From the NCBI GenBank assembly GCA_964556395.1, contig CAZKVR010000004.1, positions 9,025 through 73,024 of the forward strand: 64,000 bases of DNA. The letters run 5' to 3'. The notes under the pieces are model-generated. The model saw only the letters and a program-made list of their open reading frames with translations. It was not told the DNA's origin and did no database searches. Position 1 is the first letter of the stretch; each line of letters begins with the position of its first letter. This document shows positions 17,786-27,092 of the stretch, piece by piece. The DNA comes from an uncultured Methanosarcinales archaeon (GTDB lineage Archaea > Nanobdellota > Nanobdellia > Woesearchaeales > WJKR01). The translations under genes were made by a program, and so were the position numbers.

Positions 17786-18799
17786 ATGAAACTCATCCAT
17801 GCATCAGGCGATCACCACGACTTCGGAAAGCAAATAGGACTCCAGACAGCAGAAGAAATCAGAAACAGCATCCGTAACACCCCATACCTCCAACGACAGA
17901 CGAGAAAACTCAAGGACACCCTCAGACGATACGAAGCAACCATCAAGGAAACATACCCAGCATACCTCGAAGAAATCAAAGGCATAGCCGAAGGAGCAGG
18001 CGTCGCGTACGAGGACATCCTAGCGCTGAACATACGGGAGCTCGTCAAGGTAAAAAGGAACACACAGAGCAAGCACGACGACAACTGCACGACACTCACC
18101 CTCGTCAAGGACAAAAGGACAATCATCAACCATAATGAGGACGGAGGGCTCCAGGATGAAGCGATCATCATCAAGGGCACGCTGCCATCAGGCGTACGCA
18201 TACTCGCCACGACCTATCCCGGACAGCTACCAGGATTCGCCACGGCAATCACATCCAACAACACATTCCTGGCAGCCAACACGCTGAGCTGCAACCACTG
18301 GCGCAAGGACGGCATCCCGAAACGATTCATCACGCGACAAGCCCTGGAAGCAAAAGACCTGGCAACCCTCAAGCGCGCAGTCCTCGACCCACGACGGGCG
18401 CAAGGCCAGAACTACACATTCCACCACGACGGCGAGACGTACAACATCGAAGCCTCAACGAGAGAAGCCAGCATCCAACGAATCAAAGACAAGTACGCCC
18501 ACTGCAACAACTTCCTCAACAGGAAACTCCTCAGATACGAGGCGCGCAAGCCGAGTAACGCGACGTTCTACAGGAACAAGGTCGCTCAAGAAAGAATATG
18601 GGATGCCGAAGACGAGAAAGACCTGAAACTAATCCTATCCAGCCACGAGTACGCGCCGAAGTGCATCTGCATGCATCGGGAAACCCAGAAGAACATGCAC
18701 ACCATGGCCAACGTCATCTTCGACAGCTCAAAGCCACGGACGCTGAGAATTGCCGAAGGCCCGACGTGCACCGGCCACCACGAAGACTACATACTATAG
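17786..18799 (+). CDS. Peptidase C45 / acyl-CoA:6-APA acyltransferase-like Ntn hydrolase
   Basis: A DDNCTTLT segment supplies a candidate nucleophile Cys. Length and conserved blocks (NHNEDG, YPGQLPG) fit the C45/AAT family. Confidence 0.65.
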   Translation: MKLIHASGDHHDFGKQIGLQTAEEIRNSIRNTPYLQRQTRKLKDTLRRYEATIKETYPAYLEEIKGIAEGAGVAYEDILALNIRELVKVKRNTQSKHDDNCTTLTLVKDKRTIINHNEDGGLQDEAIIIKGTLPSGVRILATTYPGQLPGFATAITSNNTFLAANTLSCNHWRKDGIPKRFITRQALEAKDLATLKRAVLDPRRAQGQNYTFHHDGETYNIEASTREASIQRIKDKYAHCNNFLNRKLLRYEARKPSNATFYRNKVAQERIWDAEDEKDLKLILSSHEYAPKCICMHRETQKNMHTMANVIFDSSKPRTLRIAEGPTCTGHHEDYIL

Positions 18800-20166
18800 G
18801 AAGCCACCGATTGGATAGCTTCCGGGACGCGACGACGCTCGACATCCTCCACGGCGGAAAGCGCCTTCTCACGCGACGATCCGACGGCAGTCAACTTACC
18901 AACCCCATGCCCACGAGACAACTCTTCACCAGGGGCAGGGAGGCCAAGAACGGAGTAGAACACCTCACCGCTGCCAGCGAGGAAGCGACTGTAGATGCTA
19001 CGTTCGTCCACAGAACTCATATCATGGTGGGAAGCGATAGGACCATCTCCAGAAAAGACACCACTATACGGCAAGGAGATACGCTTCCGGACAGAAGAGT
19101 ATCCATCGGGAAGCGTCCACAACCGACCGTCAGAGAGGTAATCCGACAAATCACCACCCATCTTGGAATGTATGAGAAGCTCGACTATCGAAGGAGCTCC
19201 CTCAGGCCTGGCAGCGTCGTACATCGCCACGACGTTAGCCCAACTCGCCCCCCCACGAGGATTCATCTCGCCGAGATAGAGGCGAGGACCGTCGGGCGTG
19301 TTGACGACAGGGAAGTCGAAGTTGAGGATGCCACGGGCGCCGGCGTCCCGATAGACCGCAGCCTCTTTGAGCCCTGCAGAGACCGCGAGGGGGGCGAGCA
19401 CCCCATACTCAGGGGCGACAGGGTAGACGCTACCGACGCACGCCTGCTTCTTGTCCTGGCTGAACAACGACTGGGTGACCGCAAAAGGAACGAGTACGTC
19501 GTCCGCGACGAGAACATCGAGGCTAAGCGTGTCTGCCACGTCAAGGCCTACCTGCATGAGGACTTCCTCATCAGGGCTGCAATGCTGCTCGACGAAGGAC
19601 CTGAGGATTTCCGGATCCGAAGTGACACAGACACCCTTGCCGCCACTGCCGGTGGCGCGGGTGAGGTAGACACCCTTCCCACGATCGTACTCCTGCATAC
19701 GCTCCATCGCCTGCCTTGCAGGGAAAGTGCCGAACGGTGCGAGACTGAACCCATGCTCCTCGAGGAGAGGGAACTGCTCGAGCTTACTCTCATACCTCTT
19801 CGCGAAGGAGGGAGAGACGCCGAGGTCAACTATACGGCCAGGGTGGTGGCCGTAGGATTCAGGGAACTCTCCAGCATTGTAACTCCAGGCGAATATCCTG
19901 TCATGGGTTCGGAGGAGACCTTCAACGAGCCTGTCTAGACCAGGGTCAGAGGAGAGGGAGCTGTAGAAACCATCCCCTCGAGGATGCGGCAAGTAAGAAG
20001 TGGGTTCACGGTAGAGCTCGGCGTCGTGGATGCGGATGGGACGATAAGTGGCGTTCTCCCCAAACATGCCGAGGGTGTTGGCGAAGTTCTTCGCACTGAA
20101 CACGAGCGGCGTACGGCTATCCGCCTCTGCGGAGCGCACTATATCATCTATCCGTTCACGTTCCAT
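18787..20166 (-). CDS. ATP-grasp-fold ligase-like protein
   Basis: The central region (GKGVYLTRATGSGGKGV..., NFDFPV..., LGEMNPRGG) resembles ATP-grasp nucleotide-binding blocks. The start is set at MERERIDD (20166). Its 3' end overlaps the C45 gene by 13 nt. Confidence 0.6.
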   Translation of the reverse strand: MERERIDDIVRSAEADSRTPLVFSAKNFANTLGMFGENATYRPIRIHDAELYREPTSYLPHPRGDGFYSSLSSDPGLDRLVEGLLRTHDRIFAWSYNAGEFPESYGHHPGRIVDLGVSPSFAKRYESKLEQFPLLEEHGFSLAPFGTFPARQAMERMQEYDRGKGVYLTRATGSGGKGVCVTSDPEILRSFVEQHCSPDEEVLMQVGLDVADTLSLDVLVADDVLVPFAVTQSLFSQDKKQACVGSVYPVAPEYGVLAPLAVSAGLKEAAVYRDAGARGILNFDFPVVNTPDGPRLYLGEMNPRGGASWANVVAMYDAARPEGAPSIVELLIHSKMGGDLSDYLSDGRLWTLPDGYSSVRKRISLPYSGVFSGDGPIASHHDMSSVDERSIYSRFLAGSGEVFYSVLGLPAPGEELSRGHGVGKLTAVGSSREKALSAVEDVERRRVPEAIQSVASYSM

Positions 20167-20273
20167 ACCTCTACACCTCAACACCACCTTACCAAGAGAG
20201 TCTTATAAAAACCGAGCATAAGTTTTTAGGTAAAACAGAAGTTTTTTATAATATACATCCTATTATTACAAGA

Positions 20274-21242
20274 ATGAACGATAAAAAATTGTACAGATTT
20301 CTCTTCGAGGTCTCCGGAGATTCGCGCATAACAACCAAAGGATTAGCCACTGCCCTGAGCACAAGCCAGCAGACAGCCAGCTACACCACGCAGAAGCTCC
20401 TCAAGGACAAGACTATCCAAAACTACCAAACAATAGCAGACCCTGCGAAGCTCGGCCTGATGAACATCATCGTGCTCTACCACTACCTCGACTTCGACCC
20501 GAACAGGAAGAGCAGCACACGGAAAGCGCTACGGGACCACCCCGACGTGACGCGCGTGGAAGAGGTCAGTCAGGGCGCGGACCTCCTCGTCGAATACTGC
20601 ATCCCCAACCTGTCCCACTTCAACAAACAGCACACCAGCCTCATCTTCAGCCAAAAGGACACCCTCAGCCTCAAGGAGACCTACGTCGTCATCGTCAAGC
20701 ACCTCTACACGAGAAACTACCTCCACAAGCGACACCCGAAGATCCGGGAAGCAGTCATCTGCGGCGACCGCGACGTCGCAAATATGGACGGACAGCAACG
20801 GGCGACGCTCGACGCCCTCGCCAAGAACCCCAAAGCAGGGCTGGCGGCCATCGCCCGGAAGCTGAACAAGGACCCGAAGACGATAACGAAGACCAAGAAG
20901 TGGCTTGAGAAGAAGAAAATCATCAGGGGGTACGGCGCAGTGCTCGACCACCGGAAGCTCGACATCAGCAGGGAACACATCCTCCTCAGCCTCCAGCTGG
21001 ACGACAAAGCCGACGACGCCAGGCTGAGGGAGCACTGCAAGCAGGACAAGAACATCACCGGCCTGACCAAGACTATCGGCCCGTACGACCTCATCATCAC
21101 GACGGAACGATTGGAAGGAGACCCTCACCCCATCGACCAGCTCCGGCGAGATTTCCATGTCAAGGACTACCGCATCCTCCACTCCGACCGGGTAGACAAG
21201 CACGAGTACCTTCCTACGACGAACGGCAAAGAGAACACTTAA
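20274..21242 (+). CDS. Tandem-duplicated Lrp/AsnC-like regulator (two HTH plus RAM-like modules)
   Basis: There are two HTH segments (ITTKGLATALSTSQQTASYTTQKLLKDKTI and AGLAAIARKLNKDPKTITKTKKWLEKKKII), each followed by a RAM-like domain. A TTTTTTATAAT box lies 25 nt upstream. Confidence 0.7.
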   Translation: MNDKKLYRFLFEVSGDSRITTKGLATALSTSQQTASYTTQKLLKDKTIQNYQTIADPAKLGLMNIIVLYHYLDFDPNRKSSTRKALRDHPDVTRVEEVSQGADLLVEYCIPNLSHFNKQHTSLIFSQKDTLSLKETYVVIVKHLYTRNYLHKRHPKIREAVICGDRDVANMDGQQRATLDALAKNPKAGLAAIARKLNKDPKTITKTKKWLEKKKIIRGYGAVLDHRKLDISREHILLSLQLDDKADDARLREHCKQDKNITGLTKTIGPYDLIITTERLEGDPHPIDQLRRDFHVKDYRILHSDRVDKHEYLPTTNGKENT

Positions 21243-21268
21243 AAAACATGAGAGGGCCCACCAAGACC

Positions 21269-22780
21269 ATGACACTCAAGCCAACACCCCTCCACATCGA
21301 CGAGGACAAGCTCAAAACCGTCGACAAAGACCTCCTCAGACACCTCCTCAAGGCGACGGACGTCATGGGACGATTGTTCCTCAAGCAAAGCTATCACGGC
21401 AACGAGAAAGTCTTGGAAGAATTGGAGGCCGAGGGCGACGAGGAGACGTTGGAACGTTTCTGGACGCACTACGGCCCGTTCGACCGTCTCAAGCACGACG
21501 AGCCGTTCATCCCCGGCCACGAGAAGCCGGCCGGAGCGGGGTTCTACCCCGACGACCTGACAAAGGAGGAGTTCGAAGCATGGGTTGACGAACACCCGGA
21601 ACGCAAGGAAGCGTTCGAGAAGCCGACGACCGTCATCAAAAGGGACGAGGACGGGCTCGTCGCAACGCCTTATCACGAGGAGTATCAGGAAGAGCTGGAA
21701 GAAGCGTCCAGACACGTCGCGGAGGCGGCGAGGCACGCGGATGACGAGAGCCTCAAGGACTATCTGGAGAAGCTGTCACGAGCCCTGGTGACAGACGCGT
21801 ACGAGGAGGCCGACGAGGCGTGGCTCAAGCTCGACGGAGACCTCGAGGTCACGATCGGGCCGTACGAGGTGTACGAGGACAAGCTCCTCGGCATCAAGGC
21901 GGCATACGAGGGCAGCGTGTGCCTCGTCGACCATGACGAGACGGAGAAGCTCGAACACCTGGAAGGACGACGGGGACTCATGGAAGAAGCTTTGCCTTTA
22001 GACGAGGAGTACGGGAAGGCCGGGAGCCGTAGCCCTATCAGGATCTGCAACCTCCTCCACAGCTCCGGCGACGCCCGGGCCGGCGTGCACTACACAGCCT
22101 TCAACCTGCCCAACGACGATAAGATACGCGCCAAGCACGGGAGCAAGAACGTCCTGCTCAAGAACGTCGCCCACGCCAAGTTCGACGCGTGCTGGACCGC
22201 CATCGCGGACGAGCTCCTCGACGAGGAAGACAAGGAAGAGGCGTCGTTCGACGCGTACTACACCCACATCCTGTTGCACGAGCTCAGCCACGGCCTCGGG
22301 CCGGGAGCGACGAAGGACGGGGTGCCGGTGGCGAAGGCGTTGGGGACGGCGCACTCGTTCCTCGAAGAGGCGAAGGCCGACCTGCTAGGAGTATACTACG
22401 CCAAGGTGTTGGAAGACGCCGGAGCCCTGGAGACAGGGATGGCGGACAGCATGCTAGTGACGTTCGTGACGGGCATCTTCCGGAGCGCGCGGTTCGGCAT
22501 CGGGGAAGCCCACGGCGGGGCGAACATCATGGCGTACAACCGGCTCAAGGAGGACGGCGGAGCGTACTTGCAAGACGGGAAGCTCGTCATCCATAAGGAA
22601 ATATCCCGGGGGTCCATCACAGCCATGGCGCGCGACATCCTCAATATCCAGCACCACGGGGACAAGGAAGAGGCGGACAGGCTCGTCAACAAGTACAAGC
22701 ACCTGTCCAAAGACGTAGAGGACGCGCTCGAACGACTGGAAGACGTCCCAATCGACATCAAACCGGTGATGCCCCTGTGA
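21269..22780 (+). CDS. Zinc metallopeptidase, DPP III (M49)-like
   Basis: It has HELSH followed by EEAKAD (HExxH ... EExxAD), which resembles the pentapeptide-motif M49 variants. The start is moved to MTLKPTP (21269), 27 nt from CTTAAAAAAC. Confidence 0.55.
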   Translation: MTLKPTPLHIDEDKLKTVDKDLLRHLLKATDVMGRLFLKQSYHGNEKVLEELEAEGDEETLERFWTHYGPFDRLKHDEPFIPGHEKPAGAGFYPDDLTKEEFEAWVDEHPERKEAFEKPTTVIKRDEDGLVATPYHEEYQEELEEASRHVAEAARHADDESLKDYLEKLSRALVTDAYEEADEAWLKLDGDLEVTIGPYEVYEDKLLGIKAAYEGSVCLVDHDETEKLEHLEGRRGLMEEALPLDEEYGKAGSRSPIRICNLLHSSGDARAGVHYTAFNLPNDDKIRAKHGSKNVLLKNVAHAKFDACWTAIADELLDEEDKEEASFDAYYTHILLHELSHGLGPGATKDGVPVAKALGTAHSFLEEAKADLLGVYYAKVLEDAGALETGMADSMLVTFVTGIFRSARFGIGEAHGGANIMAYNRLKEDGGAYLQDGKLVIHKEISRGSITAMARDILNIQHHGDKEEADRLVNKYKHLSKDVEDALERLEDVPIDIKPVMPL

Positions 22781-23370
22781 AGGTCTACGCGCTGTCAGAC
22801 TACCACAACGAGGAGGAATTGCTGCCGGAGATGCGGAAGCGGGCGCGGCAGGCCGACCTCGTCGTGATAGCAGGCGACCTCAGCGTGTTCGAGTTCGACC
22901 TGGACAAGAACCTCGCGGCGTTCAACGAGTGGGGGAAGCCGGTCCTGGTGGTACACGGCAACCACGAGGACGACGTCACACTGCAGGAGGCGGTGAAGAA
23001 GTACGACAACATCGAGTTCGTCCACGGACAAGAGGTCGTCAAGGACAAGGTACGGATACTCGCCTGGGGCGGAGGCGGCTTCACCACCACCGATAGAGGC
23101 CTCATCCGGCAGGCGAAGGAGTGGGCGGGGAGCGAGCACAAGGACGAGCCGACACTCCTGGTGACGCACCCGCCGCCGCACGGGACGGCGCTGGACGTCA
23201 TCCACTCGGGAGCGCACGTGGGGAACAAGAGCGTGCGACACGCGATCAAGAAGCTCCAGCCACGGTACGCGGTGTCAGGGCACATCCACGAGTGCGAAGG
23301 GGCTGAAGACAACATCGGGCCGACGACGTGCTACAACCTGGGGCCGCTAGGGAAGATATTGGAATTCTAG
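22777..23370 (+). CDS. Calcineurin-like metallophosphoesterase
   Basis: The motifs SDYH, GDLS, GNHED and GHIHE are present. The GTG start overlaps the upstream stop (GTGA). Confidence 0.85.
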   Translation: MKVYALSDYHNEEELLPEMRKRARQADLVVIAGDLSVFEFDLDKNLAAFNEWGKPVLVVHGNHEDDVTLQEAVKKYDNIEFVHGQEVVKDKVRILAWGGGGFTTTDRGLIRQAKEWAGSEHKDEPTLLVTHPPPHGTALDVIHSGAHVGNKSVRHAIKKLQPRYAVSGHIHECEGAEDNIGPTTCYNLGPLGKILEF

Positions 23371-23406
23371 CAACAGCAACAACAAAAGAGTAAAAAAATA
23401 AGGAGT

Positions 23407-23598
23407 CTACTTCTCCATGTAGCCGCACTTGCCGCACGTCCAGCGGTCCTTATGCTTGGCCATGAACACGCCGCCACCGCACTTGGGGCACGACTTGTTC
23501 TTCCTCTTCAGGGCTTCGCCTGAGACCTCGTAGACCTGTGAGTACTTGTAAGCGGGCTTCTTCTCCTGGGATGCTTTCTTGTCTGCCATGGTGTTCAC
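23407..23598 (-). CDS. rps27ae: Ribosomal protein S27ae (eS31)
   Basis: It has a [24 protein letters not shown] zinc ribbon, is 63 aa long, and is adjacent to rps24e. Confidence 0.95.
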   Translation of the reverse strand: MNTMADKKASQEKKPAYKYSQVYEVSGEALKRKNKSCPKCGGGVFMAKHKDRWTCGKCGYMEK

Positions 23599-23972
23599 TC
23601 CTTCTTCTCCTCGGCGGCGCCGTCCTGCTCGTCCGAGGAGTCCTTCTTCTCAGAGGTTTCATCCTTCTGCTCTTCGGAGGCTTCTTCGGCGGGCTTCTCA
23701 GCCGGGGCGTGCTTGGCCATGAGGCTCTTGTGCTCGACCGCCTTGGCGTCGTCGAGCTTCTTGTAGACCGCCGCGTCGATGTCGAGCTCTCGCTCTCCGA
23801 AGCCGCTCTTCATGGAGCGTACGATGAGCTGTTCTTCCTTCACCTTCGCCGCCTTGGCGAGCTCTGCGCGGACCTTCTTGCGGTCGGGCGTGGCTCCCTC
23901 GAAGGCCATCCTCGCGGTGAGGAGTGTCCGTCCGAGGAGGGGCTGCTCTTCCTTGTTGAGTATCTCTACCAT
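23595..23972 (-). CDS. rps24e: Ribosomal protein S24e (eS24)
   Basis: The sequence starts [37 protein letters not shown]... and has an acidic tail. It sits in conserved synteny with rps27ae and spt4. Confidence 0.9.
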   Translation of the reverse strand: MVEILNKEEQPLLGRTLLTARMAFEGATPDRKKVRAELAKAAKVKEEQLIVRSMKSGFGERELDIDAAVYKKLDDAKAVEHKSLMAKHAPAEKPAEEASEEQKDETSEKKDSSDEQDGAAEEKKE

Positions 23973-23982
23973 TTGTGTTCCC

Positions 23983-24168
23983 TTATCGTACTTTGATCGC
24001 GTACTCGCCGTTCATCGTCACGTCCATCTCGTGCGCGACGCGGCTGTTCTTGACGTCCAGGAAGTAGATTCGTCCCTGGGTGTTCGTGGTGAACGAGTCC
24101 TTCTTGCAGATGGGGCAGAGGTCGTCGTCCGTGAACATCTTGCACTTCTTGCATGCCTTCTTCTTCAT
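23983..24168 (-). CDS. spt4: Transcription elongation factor Spt4 (RpoE'')
   Basis: It has a CKKCKMFTDDDLCPIC zinc ribbon, is 61 aa long, and lies downstream of rpoE'. Confidence 0.9.
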   Translation of the reverse strand: MKKKACKKCKMFTDDDLCPICKKDSFTTNTQGRIYFLDVKNSRVAHEMDVTMNGEYAIKVR

Positions 24169-24185
24169 AGGATATCACCTGATTG

Positions 24186-24575
24186 TCAGCCAGCCATGAG
24201 CTGGAGGAGGTCCCTCGACGTTATGATACCGATCATCTTGTCCTTCTCCGTCACGACGATGCGCCTGAGGAGGTTCTTGCTCATGATCTTGCTGATCTCG
24301 AGGAGGGAGGTGTCGACGTCGACCGTGACGACCTTCTTCGTCATGATGTCCTCGACCTTCGTGGCTTCCGGGTCCTTCTTGTTCGCGATGATCTTGCGGA
24401 GGACGTCGCGTTCGGTGACGATGCCGTCGGGCCGCTTGCCGTCCTTGCTGACGACGAGGCTTCCGACGCTGTGCTTGCTCATCGTCGTGGCGGCTTCCTG
24501 CACGGTGGTGTCGGGCTTGACGTTCATGACGGGCTTGCTCATCCAGTCCTTGACGGTTATCACGTGGGTTCTCAC
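24186..24575 (-). CDS. CBS-domain pair protein
   Basis: Two CBS repeats are present (VMNVKPDTTVQEAATTMSKHSVGSLVV and VVTVDVDTSLLEISKIMSKNLLRRIVV). Confidence 0.85.
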   Translation of the reverse strand: MRTHVITVKDWMSKPVMNVKPDTTVQEAATTMSKHSVGSLVVSKDGKRPDGIVTERDVLRKIIANKKDPEATKVEDIMTKKVVTVDVDTSLLEISKIMSKNLLRRIVVTEKDKMIGIITSRDLLQLMAG

Positions 24576-25121
24576 CTATTTTTTCTTCTCCAAGTCCGCT
24601 ACGACCCAGTCATCCTTGCCGAGGCCTTCCTGGCGCATCGTGAGGCCGAGCTTGGGGTTGGCGATGTCCTTGTAGGAGACCGCGATGATGCGGGCGCGGC
24701 ACACGTCGGCGACGTGAAGGGTGCGCTTGCTCTCCTTGCCCGCGAGGGCTTTGTCCTTGTTGAAGGAGACGAAGTCGTTCATGGCCTGGCTGATGTGGAT
24801 CATGCCGTCCATGGGGCCGAGGTTGATGAAGGCTCCGAAGTCGGCGATGTCCTTGATGGAACCGTACACGACTTCCTGGAGCTCGGGTATGAAGCAGACG
24901 AGGTCGAACGTGGTCTCATAGTAGCACGCGCCGTCTCCCGGGATGATGATGCCTTCCTCGATGTCGTGGACCTGCTCCACGTCGATGACGAGCCCCAGTT
25001 CCTTGGAGATGTAGCCGTCGTACTTCTTCTTGACCTCTCCTATGAGGGCTTCGTCGATCTCCTTGCCGAACTGCTCCGGCGGGAGCCGGATGAAATCCTT
25101 GACCTTGACCTTGTAGTACAT
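24576..25121 (-). CDS. rpoE: DNA-directed RNA polymerase subunit E' (Rpo7)
   Basis: It begins MYYKVKVKDFIRLPPEQFG and has an S1-like C-terminal domain. The track ORF 24576..25634 carries a spurious Arg-rich N-terminal extension, which I trimmed to the ATG at 25121. Confidence 0.9.
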   Translation of the reverse strand: MYYKVKVKDFIRLPPEQFGKEIDEALIGEVKKKYDGYISKELGLVIDVEQVHDIEEGIIIPGDGACYYETTFDLVCFIPELQEVVYGSIKDIADFGAFINLGPMDGMIHISQAMNDFVSFNKDKALAGKESKRTLHVADVCRARIIAVSYKDIANPKLGLTMRQEGLGKDDWVVADLEKKK

Positions 25122-25135
25122 TGAGCGGTTCCCCC

Positions 25136-25528
25136 TTATGCCTCGAAAATGAGCTTGCCTTGGTGGTAGGTGAGGACGCGGACGCCTTTCTCCTTGAGGC
25201 GTTTCTTGAGCGCCTTGTCCTGCGTGACGACGACCGCCTTGCCGGGTTTGGCGTGCTCGACGATGGCGTCGTCCGTGTGCTCTGCTGAGGAACGGCCGAT
25301 GGTTTTTAAAGCTTTTTGTTTGGCGAGGATGTAGCCGAGCTTGGCGTTGAAGCTCTGCTTCTTCTTGCCTTGCATGAGCCTTTCGAGCTCTGCCAGGACG
25401 TTGGCGTGTGTTACGAGCCTGTAGGGCTCGTCCATGGCGTCGTGGACGAGGGTGAAGACGTCTACGGCCTTGCCTGGCAGGAGGAGGGCGTTGGTGTCGA
25501 GGATGACTTCGGTCTTCTTCTTGAACAT
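25136..25528 (-). CDS. PIN-domain protein (Fcf1/Utp24-like) of the rpoE' cluster
   Basis: It has VILDTNALLLP, a TDDAIV acidic motif and VVVTQDKALKKRL. The start is set at MFKKKTEV (25528), 27 nt from CTTTATAAAC. Confidence 0.8.
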   Translation of the reverse strand: MFKKKTEVILDTNALLLPGKAVDVFTLVHDAMDEPYRLVTHANVLAELERLMQGKKKQSFNAKLGYILAKQKALKTIGRSSAEHTDDAIVEHAKPGKAVVVTQDKALKKRLKEKGVRVLTYHQGKLIFEA

Positions 25529-25680
25529 GATAATGGTCGTCGAGAGACGGTCGTTTATAAAGGTTCGTTCTCTGATGTGGAGATTGTTGATATTCGCCTT
25601 GGTTGAGGCCGTCTTCTTGGCAACCATAAGACAATCACGAGGAAGAAAGTTTAAAAGCCTCTGATTGTCTGTAGAGGTGT

Positions 25681-26064
25681 ATGGAACCGGATGAACTGTT
25701 GGATGAGAAGTACGTGTACGCGATCGTCGGGGCTTCCCGCGACGAGAGCAAGTACGGCCACAAGGTCTTGGCAGACCTGAAGGGGGCGGGTTATCGTGTC
25801 GTGCCGGTCAACCCCCACGCGGACGAGGTGCTTGGTCTGAAGGCCTACCCGTCGTTGGAAGACCTGCCTGAGAGGCCTGACGTCGTGGTGTGCGTGGTGC
25901 CGCCGCGCGTGACGGAGCAGGTCGTGGAGGAGGCCGCGTCGCTAGGTGTCAGGAAGGTGTGGATGCAGCCAGGGTCTTCTTCCGAGAAAGCTATACGGTC
26001 ATGCGAGGAGCACGGCATCGGCTGCGTGCACGACGCGTGCGTGATGATAGAACGCAAGTCCTAG
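25681..26064 (+). CDS. CoA-binding domain protein (YccU/YneT-like)
   Basis: YAIVGASRDESKYGHKV and GYRVVPVNP motifs are present. A GTTTAAAAG box lies 27 nt upstream. Confidence 0.8.
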   Translation: MEPDELLDEKYVYAIVGASRDESKYGHKVLADLKGAGYRVVPVNPHADEVLGLKAYPSLEDLPERPDVVVCVVPPRVTEQVVEEAASLGVRKVWMQPGSSSEKAIRSCEEHGIGCVHDACVMIERKS

Positions 26065-26852
26065 GCGGTCGAGGGTATCTGGTCGAGGACGTCGCTTGAG
26101 GCAGGCCGGATCTCGTCTCCGAGGACGAGCCTGACGAGGGCGGCGTAGTCCTTCGCGCCGCGGCTGCTCGGCGCGTACCTGAAGATGCTCTTCATCTCCT
26201 GGGGCGCTTCCTTGAGCTTGCTGTTGATTCTGATGGGGTCCGCCAGGGTCTCGTAGTGGTCGTTCTGGAGGTGCTGGAGGGCTTGCCGGCACGCCTTGAG
26301 CCGGGCGTCGTACTGCGTGGGTACGATGCGGGTGACGCGGAGTTCGTGTCCGAAGTGGTCGTTGAAGTTGGCGATGGCCTCGCGCATCTTGGCGAGGGCG
26401 TCGAGCCCGAGGTGGTCTGTCGAGACGGGGATGATCGCCTCGTCGGCGTAGAGCATGGCGTTCTGGTTGAGGATGCCTAGGCTGGGGGCGCAGTCGATGA
26501 GGACGTAGTCGTACCCTTCCAGGGGTTGGAGGCTTTCCTTGAGGACGAGGGTGTTGTCTTCCGGGAGCTTTGCGATGAGCTGCTCCGCCTTGGTGAGGCT
26601 CTCCTCGCTGCGGAGGATGTCGAGGTTCTTGCCGAGCTTGCTGATGCACTCCTTGGGCTGGGCGTTCTCGATGAGGAGGTCGTACAGGCTCTTCTGGCTG
26701 GTGGCGCCGACGCTGGTCTGGACGTTGCCCTGGGCGTCGAGGTCGATGAGCAGGACCTTCTTGCCTTCCCGGCTGAGGCCTGCGGCGAGGCTGATGGCGG
26801 TGGTCGTCTTGCCGACGCCGCCTTTCTGGTTGATGATGCATATCTTTCTCAT
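26061..26852 (-). CDS. ParA/Soj/MinD-family P-loop ATPase, with no ParB partner in the window
   Basis: It has the deviant Walker A KGGVGKTT and the LLIDLDAQGN motif. The start is trimmed to MRKICIIN (26852). Confidence 0.9.
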   Translation of the reverse strand: MRKICIINQKGGVGKTTTAISLAAGLSREGKKVLLIDLDAQGNVQTSVGATSQKSLYDLLIENAQPKECISKLGKNLDILRSEESLTKAEQLIAKLPEDNTLVLKESLQPLEGYDYVLIDCAPSLGILNQNAMLYADEAIIPVSTDHLGLDALAKMREAIANFNDHFGHELRVTRIVPTQYDARLKACRQALQHLQNDHYETLADPIRINSKLKEAPQEMKSIFRYAPSSRGAKDYAALVRLVLGDEIRPASSDVLDQIPSTA

Positions 26853-27092
26853 GTAGTGACCCTCACAAAAAAAGCTGATTTTCGTATAAGGGGAGGGGGA
26901 TTTCCACACTGATTTATAAGGTTTGTTGTTTTATAGCAAAATAAGAGGAAAACAAGACAACAAGAGGCAGATGCAGACAACCCCCACGTCCAAAGGAACC
27001 ACGAGAAGACACAAACAACCAGAAGACAGACCCCATAGGAACACCCCAACATATAAAAACGGGAAACACCACGGAACAATAGGTGAACGACA

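Noticed and set aside
18598-19938. Very long antisense ORFs, including 18598..19938, 44399..45829, 48699..50096, 24183..25124, 14175..15110, 5608..6528, 39543..40181 and 51105..52085
   Set aside because: Each lies opposite a gene with unmistakable family motifs (ATP-grasp, DNA ligase, RtcB, RpoE', pilus ATPase and others). Stop-poor antisense frames are expected at this codon bias.
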